Source: the human T2T-CHM13v2.0 reference genome, Homo sapiens. Taken from it: a stretch of DNA of 64,000 nt. A program made the translations under genes and the position numbers. The stretch lies in assembly GCF_009914755.1 (NCBI RefSeq), contig NC_060929.1; one strand, written 5' to 3'. The notes under the pieces were generated by a model, which did no database searches, was not told the DNA's origin, and was given only the letters and a program-made list of their open reading frames with translations. Position 1 is the first letter of the stretch. Each line of letters opens with the position of its first letter. Below are positions 50,668 through 64,000 of the stretch, one piece after another.

Positions 50668-51428
50668 AAAAGAAAAAATGCTCAATATCACTGATTACTA
50701 GCAAAATGCAAATCAAAACCATAATGAGATACCGTCCCACACTGGTCAGAATGATTATTAAAAAGTCAAAAAATAATGGATTCTGGTGAGGTTGTGGAGA
50801 AAAGGGAACACTTATACATTGTTGGCAGGAGTGTAAATTAGTTCAACCATAGTGGAAAACAGTGTGACAATTCCTCAAAGAGCTAAAAACAGAAATACCA
50901 TTCAACAGAGCAACCCATTAGTGGGTATAAACCTAAAGAAATATAAATCATTCTATCATAAAGACACATACATGTGTATATTCACTGCATCACTATTCAT
51001 AATAACAAAGACATGGAATCAACCTAATGCCCATCAGTGGTAGGCTGGATAAAGAAAATGTGACACATATACATCATGGAATATTATGTAGCCATAAAAA
51101 GGAATGAGTTCATGTCTTCTATAGGACATGGATGGAGCTGGAGGCCATCATCCTTAGCAAACTCATGCAGGCACAGAAAACCAAATACCACGTTTTCACT
51201 TATAAGTGGGAGATAAATGATGAAAACACATGCACACAAAGAGGGCAACCACAGACACTGGGGCCTACTTCAGAGTGAGGGGTGGGAAAAAGAGGAGCAG
51301 AAAAAATGACTATTGGTTCCAGGATTAATACCTAGGTAGCGAAATAATCTGCACAACACACCCCAATGACATGAGTTTACCTACGTAACAAACCTGCCAA
51401 TGTGCCACGAACCTAAGATAAATGTAAA
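50668..51428 (+). mobile_element. L1PA13-15-like 3' fragment
   Basis: ORF2 C-terminal remnant and 3'UTR GAGGAGCAGAAAAAATGACTATTGG...AAATAATCTGCACAAC. Confidence 0.88.
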
Positions 51429-51670
51429 ATATTGTCTTTATTTGATGTGTTGTATCGTTAAACGCATTTTTAAAATGTATTTTATTTAAGTTAATAGAGT
51501 TTAAAGTAGGAATATTTACTGATTTAATTAGGAATAACATGCTGTGGGTTAAATTTTAGTTACATTCACTAAACTATGTTCATGGGCTTTAGATTCCCAA
51601 TTGCAGTACTGGCACTGTGAAATTGGTATGTATGTTTATCCTTTTAGGCAGTAAACTTTTTAATGTAATG

Positions 51671-52960
<1,290 letters not shown>

Positions 52961-54475
52961 GGGCGATATAACTCAGATTATATGTTGACCTTCCAGTATG
53001 CCAATTTATTTTTCTTAATAGTGTTTTTAGTATTTATTGGATACCGCAGGATAATGGAGATTTTTAACATTTGTCCAGATAGTTTGTAATGAAAAGCAAG
53101 CAGAGCTATAAATGTATCTTTATCTTTTTCTTTGCTGCTAGAATATCCTGGAAGTCAATCTCAGGACTATTTTCAAATAAAAATTTAAAAGGAAGATGTC
53201 AGAACTGAAAGTAGTACAGAGAATTAGGTGAACATAGCAGCTAAACTTAGCAAGGTAAAATGTCATACTCCCAGAATAAACTGATAAGTCAATCATACAA
53301 ATGCAACCAAATTATTGGAAAAAATCAATATAAGAAGAATAGCATCAGATTTCTCAGCTGTAACCAAAAATTATGAGAAATATTATTGAAATATTTGCAA
53401 AGTTAAAAGATAAAGGAATGTATACACTGTCAAACAAATAAATACAAGTGAAGGCAAAATTAAAGGCATTTTTAAACATTCACATTAAAAAATTATTTCA
53501 TACTTCTTTAAAAGCTTCTCTATTTAGTAATCTTCCAGATGAAAAATAAATAAATTAGAATTGAAAGCTTAAGTTTGGATACCATTTTTGTTCACTTTAA
53601 GAACGGTTAAAAAAGACAATTCAGGTAAAAGTTTAGAGGATATGATAAAGTATAAAGAATAACAACAAAATTAAGATGGCAAGAAAGATACCAGCCATAT
53701 AAATAACCAGAAAAAAGGCTAAGTGGAATTATATTATTAAAGGTTAATTACAGTACTGAAAAGAAAAAGAAAAGATTTTAATAGGGTATTTAAAAAGTTC
53801 TACTGCAATGCAAGTCTAATAATGCAGTGTGTCATAGACTAGTAATTCTAAAGTTTCAACATTTATTAAATTAAGGTTAATCTGGAAAAGAACTCTGCGG
53901 TACAGTATTATCTGTTGTTACTTACAAAATATCATAAGCAAAAAGATTATCATATATTTTATAAGGCAATTGTTAGCCTGAGTATATCATTTTCACAGAA
54001 ATACCACATAAAACCTAAGAAGCATGTGGCTAACATTTTCAGTTATTGACCACGAGGTATTTATAGATTCAGCTAACATTTGGGAATCCACCCTTTCCTC
54101 GTTCTCAGTTGATGTTTATCTGGAAAACTGTGTGATATGTGCATCAATTCTCAGGAGCATTCTGTTCCGTGGCCACCCTAAGTGTACTGGAAGTTGGCAT
54201 ATGATCCAATAACTATGAGGCCCAGAATCCAATGACTATGAGGCCCAGGAAGTTTACTGAAATAATTATGAAAAGCTGCACCATCTTAGCTGCTGAACAT
54301 AAATTTATGTGGAATTTGCCTTTTTAGTTGAAAGTCTTTATGCTAGTACAAGGTAACCATCTCTTTGGAAATGCAACCAACACAGAAAACGTGGAGCATA
54401 AAGTAGAGACTTAATGTCATATCTTTACCATATGAATGGCTAAATCTAGTGCCTGAGTGGAATATATATGTAACT

Positions 54476-54775
54476 TTTTATTTTATTTGTTTCACATAGG
54501 GTCTCACTCTGTCACCCAGGCTGGAATGCTTTGGTGCTATCTCAGCTCACTACAGGCTCAAGCTCCCAGCTCAAGCAATCCTTGCCCCTCAGCCTCCTGA
54601 GTAGCTGGGACTATAGTATTTGCCTTCATGCCTGGCTAATTTTTTTTTAATTTTTTGTAGAGACGAAGTCTCACTATGTGGTCCAGGCTAGTCTTGAACT
54701 CCTGGGATCAAGTGATCCTCCTGCCTCAGCCTCCTAAATTGCTGGGATAACAGGCATGAGCCACTGTACTTGGCC
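54476..54775 (-). mobile_element. AluJ-like
   Basis: GGGTCTCACTCTG, CTCAAGCAATCCT and GTCTCACTATGT J-type diagnostics; CpG-depleted. Confidence 0.92.
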
Positions 54776-54949
54776 ATTTCACTTTTTAGATATATAATTT
54801 AATAAATTTCATCTTTTTCTTTTTTAAAGTCTTAGAATTGAGTGTTTTTATATAAATCATAATCAAATGAAACAATTATTATAATGAATAGTAAGAACTG
54901 AAAGTAAATTATCCTGGCATCAATTTACAGATTATATAATAATACTCAT

Positions 54950-57110
54950 CAAATTTACTACTTCAAACAGTCATTACGGAATTTCCAGCTTCCATTAGGG
55001 GGTGGAAAGAACCTCAGATAATCCACAAAAGTCATACTTTCTTAACCCATTACAGAATTAAGGTCATAGGACAACCAATCATCCTGAGATCTAAGAAAAG
55101 ATGGACTTCTCTAAGGAGAAACTGGAAATGAGCACAAGCTTCCAAGGTGAGAAATAAGCCAGGAAGAATTCAGCTAAAATGCTTAACAACTCGCTAAAGG
55201 ATAGTATGACAGCATAAAGCCGCTGATAATGCAGATGCAAAAAAAACTGCACTCACCTATGGCTCTTTTCCTTAAACCCAGGAGAAAGCTGGAGGGCTAG
55301 AAAGGGAGCCAGAGAATGCATCCATCATGGTCAAGGCCTGAGGGAGAAAGCATATGGCAGATACTGTGGGAAAGACATGAGGAAACACTAGAATCTTTCT
55401 CCCCTATAGAAAACTGTTCTTAAGCTACTGGGCAAAGAGATTGCCCTGCTATCCTCAGATAATGGGGCAGAAACACTGTGGTTATAGGTGGGAGGAAAAA
55501 AAAACAAAAACAACAAACAAAACAAAACCCTTTATCTTTGCATCAGGTAGAAAAATGATTCTAGGCCCAGAGAAAGTCTCCTGCTGCTGGTGGAGGAGCA
55601 GAAGCTTTGAGAAAGGCCCACCTAGGAGAGGCAGAACTTTAAGGCTGGCCTAAGACTGTGGTGGAAACTGGGCAAAAGAAAATGCCCACATGTGTCCAGG
55701 ACCACTAAAAAGGCATTGAATAACAAGTAACAGCAGTCTAAATCTGGGAAGAAGGCAAAATCATAGAGAGAAAGCACATCTGAAATGCAGCCTCCCTCGC
55801 AGGGACAGCAGAAGCTGGAGGTGGGATAAGAATAGTGAGTGTAAAGAACCTTCCTGCAGTCCACATACCCCACCTTAAGCTAAAAGGTTGAGGATTTGAA
55901 GCCAGGAAACCAAACCAATTTTATCTCAATCCTCATCTAGTTTGACTTGATACCCTACAATCAGTGGCCTAGCTAACAAGAGTTATGCCTATTTTAAGCT
56001 ATAAATACTATTTCATCAGTCTCTACTGTTCTATACTCTATATAGAGCTTTAACCAAAAATCATCAGAAACACCCACAAAACAACAACAATAAGCAGAAG
56101 AAATAACAACACTTTTATTAGAGTAAGCCAAAGCAACAAAAAGAAGATGTAACATTCCCCACATGTTGAAACCACAAGGCAGGAAATTTTAAATAATAAT
56201 AATTAATATATTAAAGACTTAAATGAGTAAGATGGGAAATATGTATGAATAAATGAGGGATGGTATCAAGGAAATAAAAATATAAAGACAATCAATAGAG
56301 ATACTAAAATATTTGTGATGAAATTATCACAATCTCAACATATCCAAGCAAAGAATCAGTGAACTTAACTATGTCATTAGAAATTATGCAAACTCCTACA
56401 CAAAGAGACAAACTAGTAAAAGAAAAAAGGGAAAGAATCAGAGCATCAATGAGACACAATATAATATAAATGCTCCAAAATACATGTTATTAGAATTCCA
56501 GAAGGAGAAATGAGAATGGGGCAGATGAAATATTTGGGAAAAAAATGGCTGTAAATTTTCCAAGAAGAGCAATAGATACCAAAATACAGATCCAAGAAGC
56601 TCAGAAAACCATGATTAATCAATGCAGAAAGAAAGATAAAAGACAGAAGGAAGGAAGGAAGGAAGGAAGGAAGGAAGGAAGGAAGGAAGGAAGAAAGGAA
56701 GGAAGGAAGGAAGGAAGGAAACACCATAGACATATCATATTCAAACTAGTAAAAATCATGAATGAAGACACCATCCTGAAGGCAGCCAGAGAGAAAGGAT
56801 GCATTGCTTACAGGGGAGCAAAGAATTAAAGAATTTTCAAAAAGTATATAACTTAAAAGATGATAGTGTGACAGATTTAGAGTGTTAGAGGGGAAAAAAC
56901 TGTCCACTAAAACTTCTACAACCTGTGAAAATCTTTCAAAACTAAAAAAATATAAAGACCTTTTAATCCCAATAAAATCTCAGCAAATTCATTACCAGCA
57001 GACTCAAGTTTACAAGAAACGTTTTAAGCAGAAGGAATATGATACTAAACAGAAAGTTTAATCTGTACAAAGAAACAGAGTGCTAAAGGTGGGATAAATA
57101 AAGACACATT
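54950..57110 (+). mobile_element. Old L1M 5'UTR and decayed ORF1
   Basis: ORF 56545-56829 contains ORF1p-like QIQEAQ and RHIIFKL...ILKAAREK. Confidence 0.75.
56646..56720. repeat. (GGAA)n tetranucleotide microsatellite, ~18 units
   Basis: Near-perfect run with one interruption. Confidence 0.97.
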
Positions 57111-57249
57111 AAACCAAATTAGACAAAATAATTAAACATTTCAACACAACAGAAAGAACAACACTAAAATTTGTATATCATAAAAAAAGGTAAGCAATAT
57201 AACATGAGCCATATCTAATAGGACTTCAGAAATTATCTATCCTATAGTT

Positions 57250-57480
57250 CCAGGATGACGATGATGATGGTTGTGATAATGATGAAGATTGTGATGATAG
57301 TTATATGGGAGATAAAACTTTAAGCACTTTACATATTAAATTCTATAATATTCACCACATCTATTAAAATATGTTACATTATTGTCCCTATTTTACCAAC
57401 AAGAAAACTGACCAACAAGATTAAACAACGTGACTAAGTTCACACAACCTATAACAGCAGAATCTATATCAATCACAACA
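57250..57480 (-). mobile_element. MIR fragment
   Basis: AAGCACTTTACATATT...CCCTATTTTAC...AAGAAAACTGA core. Confidence 0.65.
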
Positions 57481-58289
57481 CAATTAGCAGCTATTTCTGT
57501 GGCAATTTTCAATAAAGATGTGTCTGAAGAAAATCTCCATGATATTTCTGGGCTTTTGACTGCTAATGTGGCAAAGAAATAGGAGCAGAACTGGGAATAT
57601 TTCTAAGTCATGAAAAAGTGAATTTTCTCTTACATTAATGAGTAAACAGTTATTTTCTAACTCTTTAAATAATTTCAAAACAGTTTTAGAAGTAAAAAAA
57701 GGAATTGTAGTCTGTTCCAAAGGAAACGTTTGTAATACAATTTCTATAAACAGAGTGATATATAAGCTGTTCTTTTTACATTACTATACTGCATTGTATA
57801 GTATACTGCATTGATCACCTTACAAATAGTCTCTATAATATTGTTTAATAAAATATGTTAGAAGAAAACATGTATTTACAAGCATCCATTATTGTATTGT
57901 TACTATTGGTTCTCATATTTATAATACAGTAGTGTTTAATTATGCTGTAAATTAGTGAACATTTACAGAAAAATATGTTGAAATGGTACATCATACAATG
58001 TAAATTTAGTTACCTTAAAGTATCAATAGCACCACCTTGGGGTGTTCGCTATTTCAGAAATGCTATAATATGTTTCAATATAAATTCTTTTCTGCAGACA
58101 CAATGTGTCAGAAACATAATTAAATCTAAATATCATGGAGATGGGTGAGAAGTACTTAAATTTGTAACATTTGTACAGAAGCATACTTTATGGCAGAAAA
58201 AAAGATGAAAGAAAGGAAAGAGGACAATAAAGACAAACAAAAGAAAGAGAAATAAATATTAGTACGACATTTACAAAATAAATTACGGT

Positions 58290-58652
58290 ATTAGCACAGT
58301 TTGTCTATTTCTGGGTCTTCTCTGTCTAGGCGCACATTGGTAGGACTGAACTTCCCAGGACCCATGATGTTTAGCAAAACCATAAATGTGAGTGTAAGTT
58401 ACCTGGGTCACTTCCAGACTGAGATCTTAAGCACCAAAAGATGTTTTACCATACCATCTCTCACAGTCAGCAAGGCTATCGATGGTTGCTGCTTGGTCAG
58501 TCTGGATCCAATAGACAGGAAGACAGATAGCAAAGCCCAAAAGAAACCTTCAATGAACATGTATCACAAGACATTTTTAAAAAGCTTTTTTTGTGTTTTT
58601 ATGCCAAAGATATTCTTTATTACCGAATGATTACTTTATCTTTACATAAATA
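58290..58652 (+). mobile_element. Old MaLR LTR (MLT1H/I-like)
   Basis: GGTAGGACTGAACTTCCC, GTCACTTCCAGACTGAG and GATGGTTGCTGCTT motifs. Confidence 0.55.
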
Positions 58653-60644
58653 TTGTGATTATAAACTGAAATATAGTATTTCTATGTAAAACTATAGAGT
58701 TTGTCTATATAATGACATAGAAAAATCTAGACTACATTTAGGAGTGAAGAAGCTGGGTAGACGATAGTATTACAGATTAGTGTATATAATTGAGACAGTA
58801 ATGTAGAGAATTGTTGTTATTTGGTATGGGGGAGAAATGTTTTCTGAAAAGCAACGTGGTAAATCCATAAATCATTTGCCTTGTAGTAACACAGCTTGAA
58901 TTAGAGCAGGTATTTAGCAATATTATTTACCCTGTTAAATGTAATTTCAAAATTTCTCATAGACTATCCTGGGAGATTGAATAAATGCTCAACAATATTG
59001 CCCCATAAAACAAAGAATGTCATCAAATATACACAATTATGAAAATGTAGCAAAACATACAGTGAGTATTCAGTATTTTTGAGCCTAAATAAGAAAGGAT
59101 ATAAATTATTAATAATGAGCAGTATTTCCTTTTTACATGATGTCTAAACCTTTACATGATGTCTAACATTATAGGTTCAGGCTTTGTTTTGGTATTTTTC
59201 TAAATAACAATTTCTAAAGTTTCTATTTTTAAAAATAAGTTATTGATATCTCCACTGATAGTCTGTAGAGAAAAACTATTAGGTTGAAATAATTGCTATA
59301 TACTTTAAATGTCTTTGAAATTTTAGAAAAAAATCAATTACCAATCTTCAAGTTGGATTACTCATTAAATATAAATTTCTAAGTATTTCTTTTAGAGACA
59401 AAGAATATAAAACAATATTTGATGTTTTAACTAGGAAAAAAACCTGCTATTTTAATCTTACACAAATGTGCATAAGACAACTCCACAATAAAAGGAGAAC
59501 CGAAAGAATGCCTTCAGCTTTGATTATTTTATACAAAACAAATTCATATTAAAAACATTGGTGGTTCAACTGATGTGTGTTCAAATATTTAATATCTATA
59601 TATAAAAATATTTCATGAATTCTATAAAAATAAAACTTGCTGCAATATTATGCTACTGAGATTCAATTAAATATTACTACAATACAAAGCTCATTTGAAA
59701 ATATTCACATTTGTTTTGTATTATCTTAAGCAACTTCCTATAATAGTTTGGTTTACTTTTTTTCCCAGTGATCAATATAATTAATTTACTTATTTGAATA
59801 TTTACCTCAAAGGAGGTGTTTGTACACCTAAAAATGGGTAGGCAAAAGAATCATACCTTGTCAAGTATAAAGCTTCCTAGGCAAGTAGACCTAATGGGAA
59901 AACATTCTCTAATAGAAAGCTGACCGAGATCATATTTCTCTATTTAATGTACAAAGCCAAATTGAAAGACTGGCTTGTCAGCAAATGTTTAACTACAATG
60001 AAATTCATGCCTACCTCTAGTACTCTAATTAGAAATTCCAACATAATTGAACTAGAAGACATTCTACACTTTAATACTGTAGCACCCTTTCATTAAAATT
60101 CAATACTCCATATTTTCATTACATGTTCATCATTCTGAGTATAAATTTCTTCAGAATATTCTCTCCTTAAAGGAAAATAGAAAGAAACTTTACTTCAGAG
60201 CAGAAATCTTAGATTAATAGGATAAATTGTGTATTAGATATAGAAAGAAAATAGTCATTTTGCAACCAAATAATAAAGTGCCACCATAAAAACCTACAAC
60301 ACATAATAAGAATAATAAAAAGAACGAGTTATAAAGAGAATCTTCATCAACATTAGAGTAAATGGCATCTAAGCAAATCTGAGTTTAGTATCATAGTGTT
60401 GGAAAGAAAGAACAAAACAATTACAAACATAACAGTATGGATTGTTGTTGTATTTAAAGAAGCGGCCCCTGCTAGTACTTCTAGAATGTAGAAAGATGAA
60501 GGTTCAGGCATTACCTGCTTCCCAGCTGGTTAGATGATTATCCAGCTTAGCATCAGGTAGTTAAGTTGTACTGAGGCAAAATGAAAACATGAGAGGATAA
60601 TGCTAGAGGCTCCAGCTGGGCCACAGACAAAGTTTTCATTCCTC

Positions 60645-60800
60645 TATTCACTCATGCATTCATTCAGCACAAATTTATCATGTATCCAGTATATGCTAAA
60701 CATTATCCCAGATACAAAGATGAATAAAACAATGCTTCTCACCCTCAAAGGATTAAATCTAGTAAGTGTAGACAAACAAATGAACAAAGTTAATGCAAAA
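60645..60800 (-). mobile_element. L2 3'-end fragment
   Basis: CATTCATTCAGCACAAATTTAT...GATACAAAGATGAATAAAACA...CCCTCAA. Confidence 0.75.
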
Positions 60801-61299
60801 GAGTATCGAGGGTACTCTGATAGAAGTGGGGGGTCAGTGCTACTTTGAACTTGAATGACTTTTTGAAAAATTCCCTTCCAATTAAGCAAGGCAGTCTTTT
60901 CTATATTCCTAGGATCCTTGCTACATATCTAGACAGAATCTGGGGGATGAATACTAATATTTAAATTACCAGAATATACATAATTAAATGACAAATTGTG
61001 TGGCACATACAAAATTTCTCAAGGACATATATAAGAGGAGAGGAATAATGAGGACCAGAGTACTAAGATATATTATCAAATCAGAGGCAGAACAAAATTT
61101 AAAGAGAGGAAAATAATCTCTACATAAAGAAATACATATATCAGATTTATACTGACATATGTATACAGAGATATGTATACACATGACAAGCTTAATAGGA
61201 AACAACATTTCATAACATATCTGCATACACTCAAAAACTTTCTAATAATGTTTTGCCATATCCTGTTTTAAAAGGGTTTTTCTTTAAATGGCTTTTTAA

Positions 61300-63015
<1,716 letters not shown>

Positions 63016-63469
63016 CTACATACTAATCAGAAAAAGAATTCTAAATTTTTTAAATTAACAATTTAAATTTTCTTGGTGCTTTCCTAATAAGAAAGGAGAC
63101 CAAAAACGATTTGCCTATTATTTAGTACTTTATGCTTCCTCAAGTCTTGGTCAAAATTTTTGTTCACAATACTACTGGTGTTCTAGAAATGCATATAATA
63201 AACTATGCACTTATCTATCATTTAGCTGCAGCCTTCATTTTTGAGCAAGTATGGTCATATTTCAGCCTTCTCTATAGAAATAATCTTATTTTTCTCTTTC
63301 TATGATGAAATAATGTAGTAAAATTCAAACATTTTTTACTCACGCATCTCTTTCATCAGATGAAACTTTATGTGTATTCCTAATACACAAATGATATGAA
63401 AGCAAGGATGTTCTGTTTCAAGTGCAGGAGGGGAAAGATGAAAGAATGCCCCTCTGTTGTCTGCTCTGC

Positions 63470-63645
63470 ATCTGTCCCTCAAACTCCAAACTGGCCCTCG
63501 AGCAGCCTCGGAGGATTTTTTGGTAACTTTTAAAAAACCCAAACCTTACCCCAGACCTATGTAATCTAAATTTCTAGAAATGAAGTCCACGAATGAATAT
63601 ATTAACTTACTATTTAGGTAACTCTGATGTTTGGGCATCTTTAGC
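63470..63645. mobile_element. MER5-like hAT DNA transposon remnant
   Basis: CCCCAGACCTA...AATCTAAATTTCTAG...AGGTAACTCTGATG resembles the MER5 core. Confidence 0.5.
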
Positions 63646-64000
63646 ACAGCATGAAGAATTTTAATTTGTCTCAATGTAATTTATTAAATTGAAAGTATTA
63701 CATGTGTGATAATATAGACAATCACATTCTGAAGCAAAAATGTTATTACACTTTCATAAAATCTTACAGCAAAGATATTCTCTGCATTTCCCCTAAGTAC
63801 TATGTTTATTTCAGATATCATTTTCTAAGAGAAATCTAAAACATAAAAATTACTAAATGGAATGGCATGCAAAACTTAGGGAAGAAAGAGTTGGTATTTT
63901 GCAATTTTTTTTCATTTACAACACACCAACTCTTTTTCTATGCTAGAAATGAAAGATAAATAGTTGCTTTAAAATAAGCTAAGCAAATTCATATCTTAAT

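Noticed and set aside
54204-54249. 23-bp direct repeat (similar two-copy repeats at 4541-4581 and ~59132-59167) as array-like structures
   Set aside because: Only two adjacent copies with no spacers. These are ordinary slippage duplications, not CRISPR or satellite arrays.
56446-56829. ORFs with LPSF/KEGR repeats
   Set aside because: Translation of the (GGAA)n microsatellite within a decayed L1 ORF1.

Overview
AT-rich, apparently gene-free primate (human/great-ape-type) genomic DNA, intronic or intergenic, dominated by interspersed repeats. I can support no cellular exon, RNA gene or CpG island, and the long ORFs are all LINE-1 or Alu derived. Main contents: (i) a full-length young L1PA2-like element on the minus strand (20238-26480) with disabled ORF1/ORF2, an intact antisense ORF0 and a probable ~190-bp 3' transduction enclosed by a perfect 13-bp TSD; (ii) three separate 5'-inverted (twin-primed) L1 insertions (350-3356, 35675-36600 and a ~130-bp miniature one at 42915-43042), all with readable TSDs and junction microhomologies; (iii) an older near-full-length L1PA13-16-type element (36615-43075) hit at both ends by younger L1s; (iv) about ten Alu/FLAM elements, MaLR/ERVL solo LTRs, old L1M/HAL1, L2, MIR, MADE2 and MER5 fragments, and microsatellites. 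I found no new biological system. The notable signals are mechanistic fossils of L1 retrotransposition. Subfamily names come from my memory of consensus sequences, and boundaries of old repeats are approximate.
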